DNA of 35,482 nucleotides from a virus (Duplodnaviria > Caudoviricetes). The DNA is taken from the IMG/VR virus record IMGVR_UViG_3300025270_001763, positions 1 through 35,482 of that record; one strand, written 5' to 3'. The notes beneath the pieces were generated by a model. That model saw nothing but the letters and a program-made list of their open reading frames with translations, made no database searches and was not told the DNA's origin. The position numbers and the translations under genes were made by a program. This document shows positions 17,531 to 26,143 of this stretch, in pieces (position 1 is the first letter of the stretch; every line of letters starts with the position of its first letter).

Positions 17531-18790
17531 ATGGTGCAATCAATAACGCTACAAAACGTAGCAGATACCGCTATCGTCAATAACGATATATTGGGGCAGA
17601 TTTGTTTTGCCGCCCCAAATGAATCTAGCGGTACTGATTCGATTTTAATCTCTGCGTCTATTTTTGCTAGGTCGGAAGGAACTTTTGCAGCGGATAATAA
17701 TGCTACAGAACTGGTATTTACAACGGCGGCTACTGAATCAGCGGCCCCCGGAGCTACTAATTATGACATGACCCTTAGTTCTGCTGGAGTTCTCACACTT
17801 ACTGGTGCTATCGAGCTAGGCCATGCTTCGGATACTACGCTTGCAAGAGCGTCATCGGGTGATTTAAACGTAGAAGGGAACCTTATTTATCGAGCAGGGG
17901 GAACCGATGTTCCTGTGGCAGACGGTGGCACTGGAGTTTCAACCCTCACGGATGGCGGAATTTTATTAGGTTCGGGGACTGGCGCTATTACGGCGCTAGC
18001 AGTTTTAGGCGATGGTGTTATCGTAGTTGGCGACAATTCCACCGACCCCACGACAATTACCGCATTCACTGCCTCAGACGGAGTTCTTAAACATGAAGTT
18101 GGCGGGCTGGAACTCGACATATCCGGTATTGCTATTGGCGATGTAATAGCAGGCACGGGCACTGGGGCGGCTGGTATTGTCACCTCCACCGGGCATGCCG
18201 ATGGCCAAGTTCTTACCTTGCAGGCCGATGGAACCGCTGACTGGGAAGCCGCTTCTGGAGGTGGTGGTAGCGGCGATGTTTCTGCCGGAAGCAACTTCAC
18301 AACCGCTGGTGTGATCATGGCCGCTCATGGTGACGACAAGACCATCGACGAACCCAACACACTCCTAACCACTGGCGGTGAGGCGATGCTTGTTAGTTCT
18401 GCAAACACAACTTCGTTTGCTGTTGATGGCGCAGATGGGGACGGTAACTGTGCTTGGACATTTACTGCGGGAACTGGCGGCGCTGGCAACAATAATCAAG
18501 CTTCTATAAAAGTTATCGCTGAATCTTCCGCCAACGCAAATATATATCTAGGTGATGCCACTTTACCAACCATAGGTGGAATCAAATACAAAAACTCTAA
18601 TGACTCAATGCAGCTTGTAACAAACAATGCTATTGCGGTGGCTATTGACTCTGATAAAATTGTTGATTTTAAGAGTGGCGTAATAGATAATTCAGCGGAA
18701 AATTATAATGCTGGAACCAACGTTCTTAAGATAAAGGTTGGGGGAACAGATTATTGGCTTACCCTTCTCGAAGAAGGAGGTGGTATGTAA
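17531..18790 (+). CDS. Fibre-like virion protein (419 aa)
   Basis: DVPVADGGTG, GQVLT..ADGTADW and GGGGSGDV fibre-shaft motifs. Confidence 0.78.
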   Translation: MVQSITLQNVADTAIVNNDILGQICFAAPNESSGTDSILISASIFARSEGTFAADNNATELVFTTAATESAAPGATNYDMTLSSAGVLTLTGAIELGHASDTTLARASSGDLNVEGNLIYRAGGTDVPVADGGTGVSTLTDGGILLGSGTGAITALAVLGDGVIVVGDNSTDPTTITAFTASDGVLKHEVGGLELDISGIAIGDVIAGTGTGAAGIVTSTGHADGQVLTLQADGTADWEAASGGGGSGDVSAGSNFTTAGVIMAAHGDDKTIDEPNTLLTTGGEAMLVSSANTTSFAVDGADGDGNCAWTFTAGTGGAGNNNQASIKVIAESSANANIYLGDATLPTIGGIKYKNSNDSMQLVTNNAIAVAIDSDKIVDFKSGVIDNSAENYNAGTNVLKIKVGGTDYWLTLLEEGGGM

Positions 18791-19038
18791 TGATAACAAC
18801 AATTCATGTAGATAGAGATAGAATAGTTTCCAATCGTGACAAATATAATAAACCTGTATTTATTGTTGAAAAAGATGGGGTGATTTTACTTGAAGCTGAT
18901 AAGATCGAGATACTTGGACCTTCAAAGTTGGTATATCAACCCGATAATCCTCACCCAGTCTTGAGTGAAAGATATGATAATAATCGCTCTGTAAGGGCTT
19001 GGATTGAAACAGAGTCTGAAGTAATTAAAACAAAATAG
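18790..19038 (+). CDS. Conserved small phage hypothetical protein (IHV...GP..LVY.PD.P...AWIET); likely start ATG 18790
   Basis: TAATG overlap with the previous stop and GGAGG upstream; in frame with track ORF 18754..19038. Confidence 0.7.
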   Translation: MITTIHVDRDRIVSNRDKYNKPVFIVEKDGVILLEADKIEILGPSKLVYQPDNPHPVLSERYDNNRSVRAWIETESEVIKTK

Positions 19039-19047
19039 GAGAATATA

Positions 19048-19419
19048 ATGGCGGAAATAACAGCTAATTTTGGCGGTAAGAATATAACGATTACTTATCC
19101 AGATGATCTTCTGGGCAAAGCGGAGGAGGCGTTTGTAGCAATGAATCCTTCTACATGGGATACCGCTGTGGTACACAAGAAAAGTACAATGACAATAGAT
19201 GATCAAGATGAAAGCGAAATAGATCTTACCGATGAACAAATATCTGAGCTAAAGTATGATTTTACTGTGGGTTGTATTTTGAGCTATGTAAAGAGAACAA
19301 TAAAATCCTATGAGACGCAGTTGGTTGTACAGCAGGCTAAAAATACTGCCGATGAAGCATTAAATCAAATCAATGTAGATATTGAAGATGGTGGCTCTTC
19401 CGGCCCGTCCTTTGTCTAG
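19048..19419 (+). CDS. Hypothetical acidic protein, possibly a fibre assembly chaperone
   Basis: AGGAG RBS; small helical protein following fibre genes. Confidence 0.6.
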   Translation: MAEITANFGGKNITITYPDDLLGKAEEAFVAMNPSTWDTAVVHKKSTMTIDDQDESEIDLTDEQISELKYDFTVGCILSYVKRTIKSYETQLVVQQAKNTADEALNQINVDIEDGGSSGPSFV

Positions 19420-19435
19420 AATGTAGGGGTATCAT

Positions 19436-20110
19436 ATGCTAGGCTTTCATGCGTTTAGCGAAGCCCCGATTTCTGATCTGGTAGGGGATATCAAAACTGG
19501 CAGTGCGTCACTATCCAGCACATTGACAGTTGATGCTTTCGCGCCGCTTCAGTCCTTTAAGGCATCTATACAAACCGACTGTAGTATTGTTAGCGATGGG
19601 TTGGTCTTAAAGCTTGGACAGACTGACATAGTAGCTGCGAGCAATCCGTTTGATTCCGGCTTTAATTACGGATTCCAGTTTGGGGGAACCGCATTAAAGG
19701 GTATCGGTACGATTAGGCAGAACGAGCTTAATTGTACGGCTACCATTGCGGCTGACGGCACTGTAATATTGGGCGATGTCACTTTTGCGGGACTTGCCAC
19801 TTTACAAAGTCAAACGAATTTTACTGGAAAAAGTGTATTATTAACTAGTGGGAAGGTCGGGTTTAATCTAGGCGGCGGCGGCAGATTTGATTCAGCAGTA
19901 CTCACTAGCGTCTTTGAAGCAGCAGATACTGTATTATTTACTTTGTATCTCGATAAAGGCGTGGACCTATCTAGTTATATTGACAAAGAAAGACTACTGA
20001 CTCTATATACAGATAAATCATTAACTTCAAATCTTTATGTTGATAAAAACCTCTCTTCCAGCAAATATGTAGACAAAGCACTAGAACAAATCTTGGTGAG
20101 AGAAAGATAA
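19436..20110 (+). CDS. Virion structural protein (MLGF..FSEAPIS N-terminus) with C-terminal YxDK repeats
   Basis: N-terminal motif typical of phage appendage proteins; five 10-aa repeats at 19946-20077. Confidence 0.7.
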   Translation: MLGFHAFSEAPISDLVGDIKTGSASLSSTLTVDAFAPLQSFKASIQTDCSIVSDGLVLKLGQTDIVAASNPFDSGFNYGFQFGGTALKGIGTIRQNELNCTATIAADGTVILGDVTFAGLATLQSQTNFTGKSVLLTSGKVGFNLGGGGRFDSAVLTSVFEAADTVLFTLYLDKGVDLSSYIDKERLLTLYTDKSLTSNLYVDKNLSSSKYVDKALEQILVRER

Positions 20111-20418
20111 TGCCAGCAAACGAAATACATGTAAATGATGTCGGAACCCTGTTTACTCTCACTATAAAAGACGGAGATAGCGCGGTTAATATTTCTTCTG
20201 CAACGACAAAAAAGATTATTATCAAAAAGCCATCTGGAACAAAACTAACATATAGCACCGCGTTTGTTTCTGATGGTACTGACGGCAAGATGAAATACAA
20301 CGCTGTATCGGGAGACCTTGATGAAGCGGGAACTTATAAATTACAGTCATATGTAATAATTTCTGACGGCACGTTTTACACAGATATAACCTCATTTAAA
20401 GTTTATAGAAACCTGTAA
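20110..20418 (+). CDS. BppU-N/Ig-like adaptor protein
   Basis: NDVGTLFTLTI...KKPSG...DGTDGKMKY...DLDEAGTY pattern. Confidence 0.62.
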   Translation: MPANEIHVNDVGTLFTLTIKDGDSAVNISSATTKKIIIKKPSGTKLTYSTAFVSDGTDGKMKYNAVSGDLDEAGTYKLQSYVIISDGTFYTDITSFKVYRNL

Positions 20419-20429
20419 GGAGGTGGTCC

Positions 20430-20939
20430 ATGACTTGGCAAAATGAGATGTCCTTGATTGTTCGCCATCTGATTAACGATCTGGATTCTTCTAGCTACAC
20501 CTTTACTCACGACAGAGTAGAAGAATCCATTTTGGTAGCCACACAACTCATGTTAAATGAGATAGATTTTGAGCAAACATACACAGTAGATGTTGACTCC
20601 TCCTCTTTATCCCCTGATCCCACTACGCTTTCCAACAAAGACGACCCCTTTATTACTTTGGTCTCTCTGAAAACAGCACATTTGCTGCTGGGCAGTGAAA
20701 TTAAAACTAACTCTCTTAATGCTATCTCTTTGAAAGATGGGCCATCTTCTATCGATCTTAGGGGTATAGTGCAAGGATTAAAGATACTATACGAAGACTT
20801 AGGCGCAAGGTATGAACATGCGAAGCTAGCTTATCAAATGGGCACCAGTGCAGGACAAGCTATACTTTCGCCCTACTCTCCGGGTAGTGACGCGGTGTCT
20901 AGAACAAATCTCTCAAGTAGATTAGGATGGTTTGAATAA
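20430..20939 (+). CDS. Head-tail connector/adaptor (neck) protein
   Basis: Helical N-terminus VRHLINDLD..YTF, ISLKDGPSSIDL hairpin, 169 aa; AAGGAGGT RBS. Confidence 0.65.
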   Translation: MTWQNEMSLIVRHLINDLDSSSYTFTHDRVEESILVATQLMLNEIDFEQTYTVDVDSSSLSPDPTTLSNKDDPFITLVSLKTAHLLLGSEIKTNSLNAISLKDGPSSIDLRGIVQGLKILYEDLGARYEHAKLAYQMGTSAGQAILSPYSPGSDAVSRTNLSSRLGWFE

Positions 20940-23620
20940 TGACCGAATATACCTATTCATCTCTTAAGAGCCAGCTAGAATCTGCCTTTGCGGACAATAG
21001 CGATGGTGGTATTACCGCGAAAATTTTGCGGGACAATACTATACATATTATTGATTCTATCGTGCCAATTATGGCGAGTGGCACCGATAACTATTTTAAG
21101 AATGACATTGATCTTAGAGATGCTAGTGTTACCACGGCCAACGCGCCTATCGGTAAATTATATGGTCAGTGGAATGACAACAATGTTGCTGCGATTTGTT
21201 TCTTAACAGGGGATGACACTACCAATAAAGATGATGGGTCTATACGTTTTTTCACATCCCCTTCTGGATCAGCTAGTAGTTCAGGCGGGCCGGATTTGGT
21301 GCAACGGATGGCCATTGAATCCAACGGTCAGGTAAATATATACGGAAGTGGAACAAAATCTCCTGCGTTATATTTACAATCGATACACGGCTCTGGATTA
21401 AACCTATTATTAGATGGTTCTACTAAAGATATTGCAGTTCCAGATGGAAGCAGATTCGAATTAGGACACTGGAATGATACAAGCTATACCTTTACTGAAA
21501 GATTAACAGTTGATTCTAAAGGCCGGTTTGGGTTTGGTATAGCCCACCCAGAAGAGCCGTTTCATGTTAGAGCGTCTGGAAACTCTATTAGGTTCGATTC
21601 CAAAACAAGCTCTACTAATCAGGCTGCCGTACTTCTAAATAAATATGCCGGTGGATCTACAACTTACGGATACAACGATCTATATGCCGGTTTTGGTTTA
21701 GGGGTTCATACCGTAGGTAGTGGTCATGGATACCTATTTGTCGGTTTTGACCGAAACAGAGATTCCAAAATTGCTGGTACTGAAGCCACTTTTGTTATAG
21801 ACAGCGGCGGTAAGGTTGGAATTGGTAATAGATCGCCTAGCGAAAGACTTGTAGTAGGCAATGATCTTGGAAAAATTTCAAGTAGTGGAACAGCCTTTGT
21901 TGTTGGTTCAACCCATGGTCCCTCTCAAATTATTATGGGTTCTGGAGCCGCAGACCCTAACCGTTCAAACTACTCAACGTTTGCATGGGAAGGTGATAAA
22001 AATAGACTAATCTTGAGCACTAGACGCGATTTCAAGAAAAGGTCTGACCAACTAGTCTTGGACGCAGTTACCGGTAATGTAGGCGTAGGTACTTCTGGAG
22101 TCTTTCCGAAGGTTCAGGGTCCAGCTACCGCTTCATTAACCTTTGGAGATACCGAGTTTAATGACGTTAACAGTGGTACAATTGCCCTGATAGATTCTGC
22201 GGGAACAAGCAAAACCTATACAATTAAGAACGATGCTAGTGCAGCGGGTGGTACGTCAGAATTCAATGCTGGAGCAAGCAGGGCCGCTGCTGCTGAAAAC
22301 CTTGCCCAAGTAGTCGAGGGCGCCAACGGTCATAACGGAACAATTTATGCCGCAGACAGTGCCGGTGTTAGATTTTCGACTGGTGGTTATAGTTTTTCAG
22401 ACGGCGTGGTTAAACTTACTCAGGCTGTAGCGGGCAATGCAGGAAATACTGCTATTACTACCGCTGCAAGTTTCGATAGTTGCACCGATGTAAACGCGCC
22501 GGGGTCTTTCACCGGGGGCCGCGACGGCACTGCCTACTGGAACCCCAGTTTTAAACTTCATGTTCTGGAGAGTGGAAACGCTCATTTTGGCGTAGAGAAT
22601 GCAGCAAATACTTCTTCAGCCGTATTTATTGGTAAGCAAACTAGCGCAAGTGGCACTTTGGCTGGTAGATGGTCCTCTATAGGATATCCAACCAACAATG
22701 ATGTTCTTAAGATTAACAACTCAGGCTCTTTAGCCACTAGTCACATAAGTATTAATTCTGTCGGCAGGGTTGGTATTAGTACAGATTCACCATATAGTGC
22801 CGCCTCAAACGGCACTGACAAACTGCATGTTTATGGTGATAATACCGGTTTAATTGTTGGTAACCCAACAGGCGGGTCTTCCGCTTTGAGATTGTTCGGC
22901 TCTAGAGTTTCTGCCACTTCTTCAAACGACACCGCATTTATCCAAGCTGGAACTTCTACTGCGGACACAAGCGCCAAGCTGAGAATTACTAGATTCGATA
23001 GTGATGACGCTAATCTTCACAAATTTGATGTATATGCTCTCAGCAGTACATTTCATGGCTCTGGGATTTTCAATACGGCAAGGTTAAATAGCGGAAACCT
23101 AGTTCTGAATGATGGGTGGATTAGCAACGATGGTGGAAATGAAGGTATAAGAGTTGATAACACTGGTCAAGTGGGCATAGGGGTTGCTGCTCCAAGCTAT
23201 CAACTTGAATTAAGTACCAATTCTGCCGCTAAGCCCACCAGTACTTTATGGACCGCTACTTCAGATGAAAGAGTGAAAGAAAATATAGAATCAATAAACA
23301 GTGAGGCGGCCCTAGACAAGATTATGGATTTGAGACCTGTCAGTTTTAATTTCATTGATGAATACTGTAACTGTCATAGTTTGGAAGAGGGTAGTACGCA
23401 TTACAACTTTATTGCACAAGAAGTTGCCGATGTATTTCCAGAATGTGTTGTGGAAGTTGGGCAAGATTTGCTCGACCATGATACTGGAGAAATTATCGTT
23501 GAAAACATGAAAGGGTTAGACTCTCATGCGATTAATATTCATATGCTATCAGCAATTCAAGAATTAAAGATACAGTTGGATGCAGCAAATGCAAGAATCT
23601 CACAATTAGAAAGTAATTAA
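20939..23620 (+). CDS. Fibre/spike protein with C-terminal intramolecular chaperone (peptidase S74)
   Basis: Repeated G.VGIG...P...L.V motifs; SDERVKENI (Ser at 23261)...LRPVSF...FIAQEV..VFPE followed by a terminal coiled coil. Confidence 0.9.
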   Translation: MTEYTYSSLKSQLESAFADNSDGGITAKILRDNTIHIIDSIVPIMASGTDNYFKNDIDLRDASVTTANAPIGKLYGQWNDNNVAAICFLTGDDTTNKDDGSIRFFTSPSGSASSSGGPDLVQRMAIESNGQVNIYGSGTKSPALYLQSIHGSGLNLLLDGSTKDIAVPDGSRFELGHWNDTSYTFTERLTVDSKGRFGFGIAHPEEPFHVRASGNSIRFDSKTSSTNQAAVLLNKYAGGSTTYGYNDLYAGFGLGVHTVGSGHGYLFVGFDRNRDSKIAGTEATFVIDSGGKVGIGNRSPSERLVVGNDLGKISSSGTAFVVGSTHGPSQIIMGSGAADPNRSNYSTFAWEGDKNRLILSTRRDFKKRSDQLVLDAVTGNVGVGTSGVFPKVQGPATASLTFGDTEFNDVNSGTIALIDSAGTSKTYTIKNDASAAGGTSEFNAGASRAAAAENLAQVVEGANGHNGTIYAADSAGVRFSTGGYSFSDGVVKLTQAVAGNAGNTAITTAASFDSCTDVNAPGSFTGGRDGTAYWNPSFKLHVLESGNAHFGVENAANTSSAVFIGKQTSASGTLAGRWSSIGYPTNNDVLKINNSGSLATSHISINSVGRVGISTDSPYSAASNGTDKLHVYGDNTGLIVGNPTGGSSALRLFGSRVSATSSNDTAFIQAGTSTADTSAKLRITRFDSDDANLHKFDVYALSSTFHGSGIFNTARLNSGNLVLNDGWISNDGGNEGIRVDNTGQVGIGVAAPSYQLELSTNSAAKPTSTLWTATSDERVKENIESINSEAALDKIMDLRPVSFNFIDEYCNCHSLEEGSTHYNFIAQEVADVFPECVVEVGQDLLDHDTGEIIVENMKGLDSHAINIHMLSAIQELKIQLDAANARISQLESN
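22112..22519 (+). repeat. ~136-aa inserted module, copy 2 (VQGPATASLTFGDTEF...SFTGG)
   Basis: Paralogous to 14569-14967. Confidence 0.92.
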
Positions 23621-23632
23621 TGGGAGAAAATA

Positions 23633-23872
23633 ATGGCTATAGTTCAGAAAATCATTAGTGGCAACGATGTTAAAAACGGCAACGTTTTGGTACAATCTCC
23701 TAGAGGTACGGCCACAACGTTAGCCGGGGCAAACGAAAGAGTTGGTTCAAATTATACAATCGATGCTCCTTTCACTGACGAGAGAGACAAAACTGCCTTA
23801 GCAACGTTAGACGCTAGATATGACGCTTTCTTTGACGCTCCTCGTTATTATACTGGTGACGCAATCACGTAA
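23633..23872 (+). CDS. Small hypothetical protein
   Basis: GGGAG RBS; 79-aa ORF filling the intergenic gap. Confidence 0.65.
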   Translation: MAIVQKIISGNDVKNGNVLVQSPRGTATTLAGANERVGSNYTIDAPFTDERDKTALATLDARYDAFFDAPRYYTGDAIT

Positions 23873-23886
23873 CAGAGGCGGTATAC

Positions 23887-24378
23887 ATGGCTATCAATTT
23901 ACCACCCACCGCTTTTTCTAAATTCAATGAAGCTATCAAGCTTTTTGAAAAAACCGCAACTTTGGTTTATCCAGAGAAAAAAGAGCGGTGTGGCAATTGC
24001 ATAACTAATACTATGGGAGGAAGGTCTTCCAACTTCTACAGGACTGGTGGACCCACGCCATTTGATAGAGGATCTATTTGTCCTTTATGTAATGGTGAAG
24101 GTTTTAAACTGATAGACGCTAAGGAATCCGTTCAGCTTAGAATTTATCACAGAAAAAGGGACTGGGTCGATGTTGGTATCCAAGTAGATACTCCTAACAA
24201 TGTTATCCAAACCGTTGGATACATGTCTGATTATACCAAGCTAACCAAAGCTAAAGAGCTACTAGTTGACATAGGCGGATATAATCAAGTGAGATATAAA
24301 AGACTTGCCGAGCCTTTTGTTCAGGGGTTTAAACAAAACCCGGTACAGTATGTTGTGATATTTTGGGAGACGGTTTGA
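23887..24378 (+). CDS. Putative head-closure/neck protein with Zn-finger
   Basis: CGNC...CPLCNGEG; position among the neck genes. Confidence 0.55.
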   Translation: MAINLPPTAFSKFNEAIKLFEKTATLVYPEKKERCGNCITNTMGGRSSNFYRTGGPTPFDRGSICPLCNGEGFKLIDAKESVQLRIYHRKRDWVDVGIQVDTPNNVIQTVGYMSDYTKLTKAKELLVDIGGYNQVRYKRLAEPFVQGFKQNPVQYVVIFWETV

Positions 24379-25052
24379 TGGCGGGCAAAGTTTCTATATC
24401 TCTAGTCGAAAGTCAAAAGCAGATAGAAGTTCTTATTCTACGAGAACTAGTTAAAATAGTTGAGCCAATATTTAAAAACGCCGTGAAACCAGTTCAAGAA
24501 GGAACAAGAGAAATTATTTATAGCGCAATTATAGGCTCTGAAGAGATGAGATCTCTAAGAGAGGGGGTTTTGCGGTGGGATTTTGGATTAACTTCTAGTC
24601 AAGCTACAAACGCCGTGGAAATTTTTGCGGGGGGAGTATCCGAAAGTGTAAATGTCGAATTAAAACCGATTAGACTCACCGGGAAAAACGCTAGCGGAGG
24701 TTTGGTAATCACCGTACAACCAAACTCATTTGAAAATATCCCCAAAATATCAGTCCCGTGGAAAACAGAAGGCATTCCTCCTTCTGTTAATGATCTCCTA
24801 TTAAAATACGGTGACGGTTTTGTGGTTTTTGATTACGATATCGAGTACGGGTCTTTTGACGGCTCTAGAAGCGGAGGGGCAAGAATGGTCGAGAATGAAG
24901 GATCATCTTGGGGGGTCTCATCAGGACTTTCAAGGGTTCCGCCGGGATATGCGGGCAACCCCTCAGATAATTTTATAACTAGAGCGATTGACAATAAAGT
25001 TACAGAGTCAAAGATAGAAAAAGTTATTCTGTCTATCCTAGGGAAACGATAA
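24378..25052 (+). CDS. Putative neck/tail-completion protein; likely start ATG 24378
   Basis: TGATG overlap with the previous stop and GGGAG upstream; C-terminal GxxxDNFITRA resembles tail-completion proteins. Confidence 0.5.
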   Translation: MAGKVSISLVESQKQIEVLILRELVKIVEPIFKNAVKPVQEGTREIIYSAIIGSEEMRSLREGVLRWDFGLTSSQATNAVEIFAGGVSESVNVELKPIRLTGKNASGGLVITVQPNSFENIPKISVPWKTEGIPPSVNDLLLKYGDGFVVFDYDIEYGSFDGSRSGGARMVENEGSSWGVSSGLSRVPPGYAGNPSDNFITRAIDNKVTESKIEKVILSILGKR

Positions 25053-26089
25053 TGCCACACGGTGAAAACGAATTAAAAGGCTTCGGTGACGTAGGCGACT
25101 CTACGATTACTACCGTTATACAAGACAACCTAGTGGAATTTTTTGACTGGGGATTACTAGAAAAGGGAAACTTTTTTAATATTTCCATTCCGTCTTCGGG
25201 ACATTACGGAGGAAGTAAACACAAGTTAAGATTGGTGGATGACCCAAGATATAACAGTGGTCAGGTGTGGGAGGGATTTAGGTCAAATTGGGTATGGCAG
25301 AGCGGCTTGTCGTTCAATAGACAGCCAAAAGTGATACAAAAGCAATTAGAAGATGCTACATATCCCCTGTCCAAGAGACTCCCCGGAGTTTCTGGGGTTT
25401 TTGTTGGTGGTGAATTTAGACCAGCTTCCGGGGTTGGCCCATATGCCCATCACATAGATCACCCCAGAGGGCGGGTTATATTTGACACAGCAATATCGAC
25501 AAGTAGTGATGTACAAGCAGAATTTAGTTACAAATGGATCAATGTAACCAGAGCTAATCATCCATTTTTCAGAGAAGTGCAATACCGTTCTCAAAGAGCA
25601 GATCGAGATTTTAACTTCACCGGTTCTGGAGACTGGTCGCAACTTACTGAAACCCGCTTACAATTACCGACCATAGCTATAGAAATGGTTACCAAGCGAG
25701 AGATGACCCCGTTTCAATTGGGTGGGGGACAATATGTCACTACCGATATTCTGTTTCATGTTTTGGCGGAAACAGAGTTTACTAGAGACAAAATGTTAGA
25801 CATAGTCTCACTTCAGAAGGATAGAAAAATTACCTTGTTTGACCCAGACAGAATAGGGAGGAATGACGCTTATCCCTTAGACTGGAGAGGATCTCCTAAA
25901 TCCAACTCCTTGAGATATCCAGAATTAGTGGCACCTAGCGCGGATGGGGGGTACGATTTTAACCCCCATACGCGATCTGGTCATGTAAGACTCAAGGATA
26001 CAAATATTACTGCGGTATCCGCTATAAACCCTAATTTATACCATGGTGTAGTAAGAACTTCAACCGAGGTAATTTTACCGGGAATATAG
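25052..26089 (+). CDS. Putative tail terminator/completion protein
   Basis: LQLPTIAIE...PFQLGGG...DILFHVLAE...RD pattern; directly precedes the tail tube gene. Confidence 0.6.
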   Translation: MPHGENELKGFGDVGDSTITTVIQDNLVEFFDWGLLEKGNFFNISIPSSGHYGGSKHKLRLVDDPRYNSGQVWEGFRSNWVWQSGLSFNRQPKVIQKQLEDATYPLSKRLPGVSGVFVGGEFRPASGVGPYAHHIDHPRGRVIFDTAISTSSDVQAEFSYKWINVTRANHPFFREVQYRSQRADRDFNFTGSGDWSQLTETRLQLPTIAIEMVTKREMTPFQLGGGQYVTTDILFHVLAETEFTRDKMLDIVSLQKDRKITLFDPDRIGRNDAYPLDWRGSPKSNSLRYPELVAPSADGGYDFNPHTRSGHVRLKDTNITAVSAINPNLYHGVVRTSTEVILPGI

Positions 26090-26095
26090 TTTTTT

Positions 26096-26105
26096 GGTGT
26101 ATAAT
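26096..26105 (+). promoter_or_regulatory. Putative late promoter motif GGTGTATAAT
   Basis: Identical to the 13526 copy; upstream of the major tail gene with an AAGGAG RBS. Confidence 0.7.
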
Positions 26106-26143
26106 ACCATAGCAAATAGCCTTTCGCAAAGGAGAGAAAACAA

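Noticed and set aside
14569-22519. Paired repeats as a diversity-generating retroelement TR/VR
   Set aside because: Differences are not adenine-specific, both copies are internal and coding with many synonymous changes, and no reverse transcriptase is in the window.
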